NCBI GenBank assembly: GCA_001949185.1
Contig: BDGG01000001.1
Location: forward strand, 1,982,478-2,046,477
Reading direction: 5' to 3'
DNA length: 64,000 nt
DNA from: Ramazzottius varieornatus
Taxonomy: Eukaryota > Animalia > Tardigrada
In this document: positions 38,938 through 51,153 of the stretch, in pieces
Position numbering within the stretch: position 1 is the first letter of the stretch
Layout: the number at the start of each line of letters is the position of its first letter
Notes under the pieces: model-generated
What the model was told of the DNA's origin: nothing
Database searches by the model: none
Seen by the model: the letters and a program-made list of their open reading frames with translations, nothing else
Program-made: the position numbers and the translations under genes

Positions 38938-41014
38938 CTAGAATGATCGCTGGCCCTTGCCGGTAATTTTTCTAAAGGCTGTGGGTCGTAAAATTTCTTT
39001 CTCTGCGTGTTCCAACGGGATGGTTGTTTGTCCCACTCCGAGGCGCTGGGCTTCCACTTGCTTCATGTAATCGCTAGCCGTCTTCTGGTGGTCTTTATAG
39101 ACTGCTTCTTCTCTCGCGACTTGAGCTGCTCTTTCTCGAGCGTACTGTCTGTCACGTTCCATTATTCTCGGCTACAAAACAGGCAAAGCTCGTTACTTTT
39201 GGCACCTGAGTAAGGCCTTAATCTAAGGAATGACGAACCTGAGTGTCCCAGTTCGCTTCAAGTCCCATCCGCGTTTCGATTCGATCTTGTATTTTTCTGG
39301 CTTCTTGCTGGTCGAAGGCTTCCAACTGTTTATCCTTCTCCTTCTGAATTTCAGCATTCCTTGCCGCTTCGGATGCTTCGTACTTTTCTCGTTCTCGTCT
39401 CTGAAATTGATTCATAATTTCAGTCGTCGAAAGTTGGGTTAGAGCAGTGGTAATGAATGACGTCGCGCCGCAGTGACATCATAAGAGCTTACCTCTCTTT
39501 CGCGGTCTTCTTGGGCTTCTCGTTGGAATCGCTTGATGGTGGCTTCGCGCTGTCGCTCCTTTTCTTCCTCTTCTCGAGCACATGCTATCTCGGCTTGTTC
39601 GATGCGTCTTTCTTCCTTTTCTACTCTTTGGACTCTGCTGGAAGTGTCGCGAACCAGAGCGGGATGCTTGCGCCACTTGTCCTCATACCGGGCACTGAAT
39701 ATTTAGAACTATAAAACTCGAGTTTTATAATCGGTTTGTAGCTTCGTAGTTCGTACAGTGTTTTCTGTGCTCTGTACTGCCGCATCTTTTCTGTCATCTT
39801 GACTTTATCCTGAACGGTTTCTTTATGGAGTAGGCCTCGGAATGCGTACACTTGATTTTCTTCATCGCGTGCCTGTTGTCGCTGTTCCAGGTTCTCGAAG
39901 TGTTTAGCACGGAGTCGTGCTTTGTTGTCCTCTCCCGCTTTCCATTTATCGATACGTTCTTGTTCCACTTCCCTGATATGATTCTCCACATACTCGGCTT
40001 GCTTGTGAAGGTATTCGACATCGAAACCTTTAGGCTTATCTTTAGCGTATATCGGCATCTTTGCCAGCTCTTCCTCTTTCTGCTTTTGTATCTCGCGAGC
40101 TCGCATGTCCGCGAACTTTTTATCGTTCTCTGCGAAGTCTTTCTGCTTTGCGCGATACTTCATCCTTTTGACTACCTCTTAAGACACGAAACGCGTCTTC
40201 TTCACCAAGAGTGTTCTGGTTATTGATAGGTTCTATACTTGGAGGTTGACAAGTGAGCTGAACCATATCGTTTTCCCAAGTGGCGCACATTCCCAGTCAG
40301 TATCAATGAATCGCGCGCCACCCGAGATAACGATGTGGTTCAAGTCATATCTGCCCACGTCTCAGTTCGTAACTCACCCAGATCGATGGTTGATTCTGCC
40401 CACTGTGGTCCGACAAAATCCAGGCCCAAACTTTGCTTCCGAAGTTTAGCTTCTCGGGCCTTCCTTTCTTGGGATTCTACTTCCCAACTTGTCATGCATT
40501 GAGCAGTTAGTAGCGCATTCTGCAACCAGGAAGGCATTACCATGTCTTATGGGGAATATTCGATATTACGCTTTACCTATAGTACAAGGTACCTACGTTG
40601 TATTCGCGAATATCTTCCCGTCGTCGAAACAGCATATCATGTGCTCTACCAATAACCCTGCTGGCTCTTTGGTTTGCATCGTGCTCATGGAGTATATCTT
40701 GCTCGTTTTCCCCTTTCTTTCTCCTTCGCGCGATTTCGGCTTTTTCGGAATCGATTTTTCGATGTTGTCCCTAATATACCACACTGTGAACCACTCTCGG
40801 TTTCCCAGGTTTGAACTGACGGATTATTCCACTTACCAACCTCCAACATATTCGACCAAGTTCCCTTCAGAGCTTCGGAGTTCTTCGCCATCTGCTGACG
40901 TTCTTTCTCAACCAAAGTCGCTCTGGCTCTCGTGACGGGTTTGGCGTGGAAATCTTTCCATTCTTTCGCGCGGATAACTAGAGGGTGCTCGCGTAGGTGG
41001 TTCGAGGTCTTCAT
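38938..41014 (-). CDS. Coiled-coil axonemal protein, CFAP210/CCDC173-like (trichoplein-homology family)
   Basis: Spliced N-terminus KNSEALKGTWSNMLE|GQHRK...RAHDMLFRRREDIREYN|NALLTAQ resembles CFAP210; the remainder is E/K/R-rich coiled coil. Confidence 0.65.
40245..40356. repeat. Palindromic element in CFAP210-like intron
   Basis: tgaaccatatcgttttcccaagtggcgcac-N24-gcgcgccacccgagataacgatgtggttca. Confidence 0.9.
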
Positions 41015-41772
41015 TAAATCGGTAGTAAGCTGTTCGTGGTTGAGTACGTAGAATTTCTCAGTGCATGGAGTATATCAAAACATGGTCTTGTGGTGCTGCC
41101 GATCTTTGGAGCTGGATTCTAATTAGAACTGTGTTTAAGGTATTGAAAAGGCTTTTGACGACCTTGTCCAGACGTTGTTAAGGCGGAAGTGACGTCAACT
41201 CGATCATCCGCGGTTCAATTTTCCCCATGAGCTGTTCGTGATCAGACTGCATCGATCCTGACATGATTAATATTCGACCCATTCCTGTTTCTCGAATGAC
41301 ACCATGAAGTGCGGACAGTGTCCGTAAGGCTGTGGTCAGAAACTGCAGGAGTTAAGCTGGTGACATTCTCTTTCAGTTCTTTGGTAATATCGAGTACGGC
41401 GATGACTGAACAGAAAGTGACGTAGCTTCTCAGATTTTCAATCACGCGAGTGAGGGGAACTCGGTCCTGCTTCCGGCTGATTCCAACATAAACAACAAAC
41501 CTCAGGGCTTAACCAGCAGGTTTGTTTCAAAAGATATCGATTAGGTCCGCAGTGGACAGCCCGAGGCTGCAGACATTTGGCTTCCGACCATGAACATATC
41601 GCTTTGTCTGAGCGGGTTCGCCTTTTTCTTCGAGTGAGGTACACTAAAGTCACGGCTCTTCTCGAATCCTTGTTCGTGATTCAGTTCTCCTTGAAGTCTA
41701 CTTTTCATTCCTCTGGAGCTTTCCGCGAGTAGAATTCGTTGTTGACTGATCAATCATTCTTCATCCTCGACA

Positions 41773-43388
41773 ATGACTACCGCGAATTGTACTCTGTTGC
41801 GCTTGATTGACGAGAGTGGAAAGCGTCTGGATAACCTCAGTGCTTACGACTTCTATACTGCCTGGCAGAAATATGATGTCGATGGTGAGCTATGCGAAGC
41901 TTGGTCCTGTTCACGAAATCGAATCTTCCATGGTTTCCTTATCACCGTGCGATTGTCTTCTTGCAGGAAGCGGCTTCATTGAGAACACGGAGCTGGAAGG
42001 TTTTCTGAAGGAATATCTCTTCAACATTGCGGGCCTGTCAAACCAAGAGGTGGTAACAACACCCTCTTCTCGTTCTAATTAGTAATTAGTTCACCTTGGA
42101 AAAGAAGGGGTTCATAACGAAAGATCTTTCCGTTTTGCAGTCGATAACGTCGCAAGGTTGCAGAGAACTCGCCGACGCTTTCCTGACCAAGCATGACCGT
42201 GACAAAGACGGGAAAATTAGTATCTCCGAGGTAAGGTGCGCGCCTCACAGTCCGTCTTTTGCTTTACAACCGGTACGAGTACAGTGACTAAAAATTGATG
42301 AAAGATCAAGATTCTTCTGCATAGTTGTCAGCAATCTTGCCCACTGACCAGACTTTCCTTCTCATCTTCCGCTTCGATAACCCGCTGGATTCCAGCGAGG
42401 ACTTTATGAAGGTACGTGGTCACTCCACCCACGCTTGCTGGCAGGATCAGACTTTCTGGTACAGCCGTAGCTCTTCGTTTTTACAGAAATGGAAAAAGTA
42501 CGACACGGACAAGAGCGGCTACATCGAAGCCGGTGAACTCACGGTACATTCACTTCACAACATTTGGGAGCCCAGCAAACAAACTCGACCAGGTTGTTTC
42601 TCAAGTGACGCACGTTTTCGGTGTTAGTTGCTGGTAACGTGCGCCACTTGAGGAAGCGATTTGATCGAGTCTGTTTGCCGATCTACCATTCGGAAGTCCT
42701 TGCTCAACCTTAAGGTGAACTTGGCTTCGCTGGCTGAAGGGGTTCCTGAAGGATGTGATGAAGAATAAGCTCAACGATGCAAAAGTGGACGAGTACTGCA
42801 ACTCCATTGTAAGCCATTCCTTCTCGGTTGTTGGCGCATAATGACGTGTCGCATAAGTGGGCATACGTGTCGTCTCGATGATTTATTTTCTAGCTGGAAA
42901 TTTTTGATGCCAACAAAGACGGCAAACTAAGCCTGGGGGAAGCCCTACAGTAAGATCGACAGCTGTTGAAAGCTCTTAAAGGTGTGACATCGAATGTGGA
43001 GACGCTTTTTCCAGACTGCTTCCGGTCAAAGAGAACTTTCTGCGAACCGCCAAAAAAACGGTAAGATGATCGATCAGAATATCTATCTTACAATCTCTGC
43101 CGGAAGAGAACTTTATTTTTCCTCTGGCAGACTAACTTGTCGAGCTTGGATGCCGGCCAGATTCAAAAGCTCTTCGTCCAATATGACCGCGACGGAGATG
43201 GGGAAATTACAGCTGCTGAGCTGGACGGCCTCTGTACCGACATAGTTCGTATGACGAAGAAGAACTTTGACCACTCGGACGTTGAGACCTTGAAGGACAC
43301 GATCTTGAAGGGCTGTGACATCGATAATAACGGCAAGATTGACGCGAAGGAAATGCTCATGATCATTCAAACCATCGCCAAAGGATAA
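41773..43388 (+). CDS. Hexa-EF-hand calcium-binding protein (calbindin-32/secretagogin-like)
   Basis: Six EF loops across the spliced exons (DVDGSGFIENTE, DRDKDGKISISE, DTDKSGYIEAGE, DANKDGKLSLGE, DRDGDGEITAAE, DIDNNGKIDAKE) plus FLLIFRFDNPLDSS and LLPVKENFL. Confidence 0.9.
42573..42680. repeat. Palindromic element in calbindin-like intron (near-complete copy)
   Basis: gcaaacaaactcgacca...ctcaagtgacgcac-N25-gtgcgccacttgag...tgatcgagtctgtttgc. Confidence 0.92.
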
Positions 43389-43711
43389 AATCTCGTCTTA
43401 GTATAATAATCGTCTTTCAAAGAAATTTACTGTATTCCCTCGATAGTTCTGCGAACCATGCCAGTAAATTACACCCGCACTGGTATCGCTGATTGTTTGA
43501 TTGTCGCCCATCATTACACTTGACTGGGGAGCAGTCTTTGATTGAAGGTATAGTTACTTTCTGTTCCCCGCCGGATGATATTTACCACGACAGTCACGTG
43601 ATTCGCAGAACTTCCGAGGGAATACAGTACTCATGTTTTGATATAGGTTTGTTTTGCAAACAGTGTCACCACAACATAGCAAATAGGATTTGAACTCGTC
43701 AGAATAACTGC

Positions 43712-45914
43712 TCAATACGGTGGAATGGACTTGTGGGTTCGCGCCAGGCGGTTCCACAAGACTGCGTCCATGCCGGCTGGTTTGCCTATCACTTCCGACT
43801 CGTTGCGCCAGCGGGCATCTTGCGGGTCCGCATATCGCATCTTCTCTCTCGTCAGGAAGCTGCAAAAAGAAGTTTTCCTGATGAGCCAAGCAGCAAAAAT
43901 CACGCTCAGGCTTTTTTTCTGGGTCCTGGAACACAAACCTATGCTCGTTGTTGTCTCCGGCGTAGGGTTGAGCAGTGACATGTCCGGTGGGCTTGAAGCA
44001 ATGTGGGAAGCCTCCCACTGCCTTCTCGACCAGTGGCCTGTCTTTGTAACTAAAAACTTGCAAGCCTTAGATTCATGTTCCTGTCTTGAGTAAAACACTG
44101 GACAGTCCAAATGGAAGGTCCCCCAATGCAGCGCACCAGGTTGTTCTCAATTGGCGCACGTTGTCATTCTTGTGGCCTGCAGGCGTGCGCCATTTGAGAT
44201 GACAACTTTGTGCATTGGTACCCAACTCTTTTTTGCCGGCCTCCCACAGCGTTAGGCTAGATAAGGTGCGTACCTCTTGACGTAGATAGAGTCCCACTTG
44301 TCCGGATTTTCCAGACCGGCATAAGTCCTACAGAGTGTTCCATTCTTAACCCAAACAATGGAATATTGAAGTGACTGCCCCACTTGTTTTTAGAGGCCTC
44401 GGAAGTGAGGTATGGCGTCGGCTCATTCTGGCCGAAGCCGGTCGTTTCAATCTTCGGCGGGCCAAAGGGTCTCTTACGCCCATAGTCATCTTCGAAAGTC
44501 TTCCAGTCCTTCCACTTGTGCGTTACGCTGTACTGCCTGTCGAGACCACGCAAGATACGCTATGTGGCCAGCTTCAAAGACCGTGCCTGGAGAAAAATCA
44601 GGGACACTCACGTTTTCCAGCGCTCTGGATCGTCCTTCTGGTGAGTGAAGCCAGTCCGGACCGGAAGCTGTTGGTTAGGACAAGAAAATGATGAGTTACT
44701 TCCGGTTGGCCCAGCCCTAGACTTTCCGCCGGTTTACTTTCACATACATCGTCTTTCCAGATGGATCCCATTTTGCCGTCAAACTGGTTAATGTGGCACA
44801 CTTTCTCCAGCGGAATGATGTCCTCCGGTGTTACGAAGGCTACTTGGGGATTCGGGTAGGACTCGGTGTAAGCTGTTCTGGTCAGGTTGGAGTACTAGGA
44901 CCAAGAAGCCATCTGTCATGTTACATGCAGCGCCACATCCAGTCATGGTCAGGACGTTAAGTAGCTTACTCGAGAATCAGTGAGCATAGTTTCCGGTGAG
45001 ACGAAAAACGTGTGGTAATCATTGTCTTTCAAGTAAGCTGATTGTTTGTCTTTGTAGCAGGAAGTGCGGCCTTTCTCACGGATAGGCCCTAGCCAGGTCT
45101 TCGGAGCTTCGGAGATTTGCGTCGTGTAAGCGGACTTCGGCTGAGCGGGAAACTGTGGTCACAACACAAAAGACTTGCTGTAAGGGTAACGGGTCACGCT
45201 ACCGTTGCACAAAAGGACTGTTCTGGTAACTACGTATACCTTTTCTATTGATTCTAGGGTGCCAGCGGACACACGACTTGTATCCGGGTAGGAACATCGC
45301 TGGACCGGATAAGCATTCTTGAGAACAGGTACGGGGCGTCCTGCGCCGGTAAAGTCGTTGGCGTAGGTCGTGGGCGGAACTGTGGCTTCTTTGTCGGTAG
45401 CAAGGGCGCTCCTGTAAACTGTAGAATATTCGTTTGAATACTACGCATAAGATTCGTAAAATCGGTGAACTAGATACGGCAATATACTCAGTTTCAAGTG
45501 GCGCATGCTCGCAACCATTAGCAGAAATAAAACGCGCCACTTACGAACACAACCTTGCACCACCAGTTAATTTTGCAAGATTTTGTTTTCAGAAATTTTT
45601 TTCTGTAGTATCTTGTAACACTTTGAGTTTTTCTGTCCAACGATGACCCACCTTCGAACTATGGCCGGAAACAGTTCTGGTTGCCTCAAGTGAAAGTGTG
45701 TCCATCCGGAAGGATCGGGTGTATTGAACGTTAAGTAAGGTGATGCTGGCTCGGAATGTGAAAGCTTTGTGGAGTAGATTGTATTGTTGAAAGCCGGTAA
45801 TCGGTGCTCTGCTCCATGACTGTAGGCTACAGTTTTGTCGTAGGGGCCTGCTTCAGCAATGAAGGGTTTGTATCCTTCGCGAAGGCCTGCCGGTACTCTC
45901 TGGTTCTCGCTCAT
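43712..45914 (-). CDS. Axonemal microtubule-binding protein, SAXO4/PPP1R32-like, multi-exon
   Basis: Spliced product has Mn-type motifs (PPTTYANDF, RTAYTESY) and KIETTGFGQNEP; the last intron gives ...NEHS|FLTREKMRYADP. Confidence 0.5.
44128..44218. repeat. Palindromic element in SAXO4-like intron
   Basis: gttgttctcaattggcgcac-N25-gtgcgccatttgagatgacaac. Confidence 0.88.
45461..45577. repeat. Palindromic element in SAXO4-like first intron
   Basis: caagtggcgcat-N25-acgcgccactt. Confidence 0.85.
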
Positions 45915-47557
45915 GGCTGCCGGTGTAATTTGATCAATATAAGGCAGGTCTTTGAAACTCCAGTCACTCCATCAGCTTTTCATTAGGATCAAGGATTACA
46001 CGGCTTACGAAAGAAAGCTCTTAGTGTTTTTTCCCAAACGGGAAATGTGTTTTACAAGTTCATAATCGAGGAGGGAAAGTAACAAAGGACAACAGGAACA
46101 AACTGAAAGTTATCTGGTTACCAGGCATATCAACCGGAAGTCAGAAATGACATCTATATGGATATAGTATCTTGAAGTCGTGCCTGGCTTTGAAAGACCG
46201 GCACGTCGAGACCGCATGATTATGGCCGAAAAGAGCAAGAACAGCGAGCTTTGTAACCTGAAAAACGAAGGGCGACAGAGGAACCCGGTTTACCTTTTGA
46301 CACCACTGAAACAGTTTCGAGAAGCCCTGATTAACGTATCAGCATTCCGAATGGGATTCATGCCAATTTTTTTTGTAAATATCTTTTGAAATACCGGCAG
46401 GAAACTGACAGCGACGTATAATCCACTCTTTCAAGTTGTATAAGGAAAAAAGGAAAAGAATAAAAATCAAACATTAAGATAATACCAATTATGGTAATAG
46501 AAGAATAAATGGATGAGAAACGTTTTGGTTACCCTTAGGGAACAATATCTGTTAATAAAAATTTTATCTTGTCTTGCTGTGGAAATTGGATTACAGGAAA
46601 AAATGAAAGGAGGAAAGTTGGTGCGGCGGCGAGCCCGGCCCTCGTGTGGGGAAACCTTTGACATCTTTATTCACCGCAAATTGCCGGCTTAAGGCGAAAG
46701 GCGGTGAAGCATACATCTGAGGAACAATCAGGGTCTTTATCACTTGGGAAGACGTCATGGCGAATGTGTATTCCTCCGGGGATCGACATCATTATCGGTT
46801 ATCCCAAATGAGAAATTTTCCGGCTGCCGCACCGATGCAGGCCGACAAAGTCTCATCACAAGGCCATTTCGCTTAGCCTAAGACGGCTTAAGGAGATAGC
46901 TGATGTTATAGTTCTCGAGCCTATCGGGATGAATGGAAGAAGAGTCTCCACACAGATCATGAGTTTGTCCGTTTTAGGCACGTCTGATTGAATGAAGAGT
47001 GCCGATCAGCGATAACTGACAAACGATGCTAATGCACGCCTGTACAACGACATCCCTTCCAGTAAATTGCGTTAGATGTAATAGGCCAGATAGGGAGGCG
47101 GGGAAGGGAATAAGGGAACATGACCAGGACCTCCTCTAGCTCTCTGATGTTGTCATCGTGGCTTCTCTATCGCTGCGTGATATGAAGGCCATTATCCTAA
47201 GAGGACCTCGAGTAGCTATTCCAGCACCGTTTGCTCGTCTTCTGCCTGACCGATCCGTGTACAGTACTAAGTTCCGAAACATGTAAATGAGGGATGTAGG
47301 AAACGTTTTCTGAATTGCGAACGATAATCGTCCCTCTGATCGATTGTGGAGACTGGAGGAGCTTCGATAGCTGTACCTGCTGCTATCAAACGTGAAATTT
47401 CTATCGGTCCTCTTTCAATATTTGCAGTGAAGGGTCGTGCTACCCTATCCGCGTGATCAGCTCTTCAGCGTCGGCATCAATTACGCGCGCTGTTATGAGA
47501 GGATGAATTTGTTCGTCGGGAGGGCGGGTTGCCATCAATTCGAAAGTATGGGCAGAT

Positions 47558-50500
47558 ATGCGGACAACATGGTCTGATTTCGGACGCGCATGTCGGACCG
47601 AGTTTCGTATCTGCAAGTGTGTGGGGATTTCGCTGATGATCTTGATGATGTTTTATCATTGTCACGGTCGACACGTAATTGATCCCGACGGATTAACGTT
47701 TCGTAATTCCAATACTTCCGCCTTGAGAATGTTTCACGATCAAGGTGGGCCTTTTCACACTTCTGTATACCGAAGATCTAATTATGCCGCAATAGTATCA
47801 AAAATAGAAAAATCACTGCATCCGCCAGAGCACGTTTACGTACAGGAAGTTTCTACTGGGTGGTTAAGGGATAAACCCTGACTACTCCCGGAGATGAGCT
47901 ACGTACGTAGTATGACGAAGAGTGGCGGATACAGCGAATTTTTACAGTATGTACGTTTCCTTTCTCGAATGCGAGACCGGCAAACAATGTTTTCTCCAGG
48001 AGCGCTCTTCCAAGTGACACACCTTTGCAGCCAGCAACATTGAGAATGTGCGCCACTTGGAACAGAAACCGGACAAGATCGTTTTTCCAAGTGGCGCACT
48101 TGTCAAAATAATTGGAAACGTACGCCACTTGGGACAACAATCTTGTCGCGTTCGTTACGCGCTTTCCACATTAATGTCTGAGATTCTTGCATATTCCGCA
48201 CAAATTTTCTTTAATGGAAAACTTTAGGCGAACGGGTTTTTTTTCTTCTGATATTGGCGTCGGATCGGTGGTTCCGCGCCGCTAACGCGATAAAAAAAAG
48301 TCATGGTTTTTAGGACACAACTTGAAAAAGCCATTAAGCGTCGATCGATTTAACGACCTTGTCGGGCTTTGTCTAGGTGGCCTTTCCATGTCAAAGTTGT
48401 CTACTCCAAGCATAACGAAAAACTCGACCCGGGCCAGCACTGACAATCTTTCCAACCGCGAAGTTCTGCTGCGGAATTTTCTTCTGGACAACGGCAAAAC
48501 CGTTCCACCTGTAGGTCTTGCCCATTTCATTTTACAAGATAATTTGTTCGGAAAATTTAAAAAGAAAATCATAAAACAATGAATAATGCTTTCAGCAGAT
48601 CACGATCTCGAGTGACGCACGCTTCCATCGTTATTGGCTGAGAGCGTACGCCGCTTGGACAACTGAACAGAATTGTTTCCCAAGGTGACGCACGGTTTCG
48701 GTGTTATTGGTCGATAGTGCGCGCCACTTAGCAAAACGATTTGCGTGATTCTATAATTCTCGGTTGCTGACGTTTGAGTTATACTCTTCAGAATAAAATG
48801 ACAACAAAAAGACATATCAAAGACGAGGAAGATGACAGTCCCGAGTACTGCGGAGACGGAATCGTTGGTGAGGCTGAAGACTGTGATTGTGGAGGTGTGA
48901 CCAATTGCTCCTTGTCGGTTGGCGGCAAGTGCTGCGATCCGTTAACTTGTCGTCTCCTTCCCGGTGCCCAATGCGCCGCTGATGGTCCCTGCTGTAGTAA
49001 GGAGTGTCAGGTGTGTCAAAGCATGAAGTTTCACTTTCAGCCGTGACATTTAACCCCCAGCTCGAATACGCCGTATAGATCGATACTTGCATGTTTGCAG
49101 TTCAAAGGGAGCGGTCAAGTGTGTCGACCTATCCGAAACAGCTGCGATCTGCCGGAAGTCTGTTCTGGCTCCTCGTCCCATTGTCCGCCCGACGCATTTC
49201 GTCGCAACGGGGACCAGTGTACGGCGCAGCAGGGATACTGCTTCAAAAGACAATGCATCACACACGACCAGCAGTGCGTGTCAAGTAATGGGCGCAATTA
49301 ACTTTGACGACTGACTTTTGACATCACGTCTTTGATCACCTATCTCGCTTCGCGCACAAAAACCCGACAGCCATGTTAATTTTTACTATTAACTCAACAG
49401 GAAGTTTTGAAAACAAAAGGTAAAAAAACGACGGGTGTGATGCGTCTTGAAATAGTACAGATAACTGTGAGCAGCTCGATCGGGTGCGCGAAGCCGATAT
49501 ATAGGTGTGACTTTTGGTATTGATGTACAAGCAGTAAATTCTTACCATGGCTTGTTTACTGTAGTATGGGGATTTCATAGTACTTCGGGGAAGGAAGACT
49601 GCTACAACCAGTTCAACGCACGTGGTTCTTTCAACGGTAATTGCGGGTTGCTGACGGATGGCGTTACATATCGATTCTGCAAGAAAGAGTAAGAAGGTCT
49701 TCCCTACTTGACGAACTGCAGTAAAGAATAAGGGCGATTCTTATTCTTTCAGGGATGTTATGTGCGGAGTACTACAGTGTAAAGGCGGCGGGTACACGCC
49801 ATCTGCTTCGTCTCAAAGGTACTTCGCCACCACCATCCTTACCAACGCGAGCGGCACGCTCGTCCAATGCAAGTAAGTGAAAGCAGCTCACTTGTTGCCT
49901 CACCAGGTAGAAATCCTCTCGATCGAGTTCTTCTCTTGGCATGATGATAAGTAATGCACTTTTCTCGTCTCTTTCAGAACATTCACTCCGGAAGTCATCA
50001 CGTCCCAAAGCGTGCAAGTCACGTTAGTTCAAGATGGCACGAAATGCGACCACGAAAAGGTCGTTCACTTCCTCCTTTCTGATTTTGATCCATTTTAAAC
50101 CATTTCGGCGAAAGTAATTCCTATATTAATTTTTGCCGCTTGGTATAGATTTGCCTTCGAAATAAATGTATGCCTTTCAAGCACCTCCTTCCGGAATTCG
50201 ATTGCCCTTCCTATTCTTCAGTCGCCACCTGTTCTGGCCACGGGATCTGTACCGACCTGAACACCTGTTTCTGTGAGAGCGGATATCACGGAGAAGACTG
50301 TTCCTCCTACAACAACCACTCCACGCAAACGCTGGACAGACTCGCTGTCCAGGACCTACGTCACTTCCGGCGAGGGATGGCGCCACTGGACGACAGCAAA
50401 CGCCGTAAGAGCCCATCACTTCACTTGGGACCCAGGCAAACGGACTCGACACGATGGTTTGTCCAAGTGGCGAACACTTCTAGTACCATTTACTAGATGC

Positions 50501-50840
50501 GTGCGCCACTGGAAAAACAATCTTGCCGACTTTGTTGGCTCACCCTTCCTCACTTCTCCCATCCTTACTCTTATCGGCTAACGTTTCCTTTGATTCAGGA
50601 ACGAACTATAACCAGATAGTCAACAACGAAGCTCTGCAACTCGTAGTGGTCATCATGTCTGTGGTTTTGCTGGGTGCGACATTAGGCATCATGTCTTTGA
50701 CATGTTGCAGGGGACACTGGAAGAGCCAGCAGAGACCCAACGTGGCCTTGGTGGGGATGAACAGCTTTGCGGAGCGGTCTTTGAGGAAAATGGACAAAGA
50801 GACCGATGACCCGGGCTGGTCCTTGACTAGCTCTGTCTAA
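47558..50840 (+). CDS. ADAM-like membrane protein (disintegrin, Cys-rich, EGF, TM); no metalloprotease domain found
   Basis: YCGDGIVGEAEDCDCG...CCDPLTCRL, CRPIRNSCDLPEVCSG, GNCG, DVMCGVLQC, VQDGTKC, CSGHGICTDLNTCFCESGYHGEDC and TM LVVVIMSVVLLGATLGIM; hydrophobic signal-like segment in exon 1. Confidence 0.85.
47977..48160. repeat. Palindromic element, double unit, in ADAM intron
   Basis: ccaagtgacacac-N25-gtgcgccacttgg followed by ccaagtggcgcac-N20-gtacgccacttgg. Confidence 0.9.
48590..48770. repeat. Palindromic element, double unit, in ADAM intron
   Basis: gagtgacgcac-N25-gtacgccgctt and ggtgacgcac-N25-gcgcgccactt; both spacers contain gttattgg. Confidence 0.88.
50434..50540. repeat. Palindromic element in ADAM last intron
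   Basis: ggcaaacggactcgac...caagtggcgaac-N25-gtgcgccact...caatcttgccgactttgtt. Confidence 0.88.
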
Positions 50841-51153
50841 AGCTGAATATTTTCAGCGAGAAATATTCGTTGAGTGCTTGTTACCTAAACTGTGGACCAA
50901 ATGTTCGTGCAGTTTATTTTAGCATGATGATTCGTTTTTTCCCCCTCCGTTTACTGTATTTATTACGACTACGTTCCACGCATGTTGGTGCTATTCAAGA
51001 TCACAGCAATCTGTCACCGAATTCATGTATATTATTCTAGAAAACATCCAGGAAAATATGGGAAAGATTGTTCCCTAGAAGATATCAGCAAAGCATAAAA
51101 TACTGTAACACAAAAATGTATTAGATTTTGGGTTCCCAGTTCGGTGAACCAGT

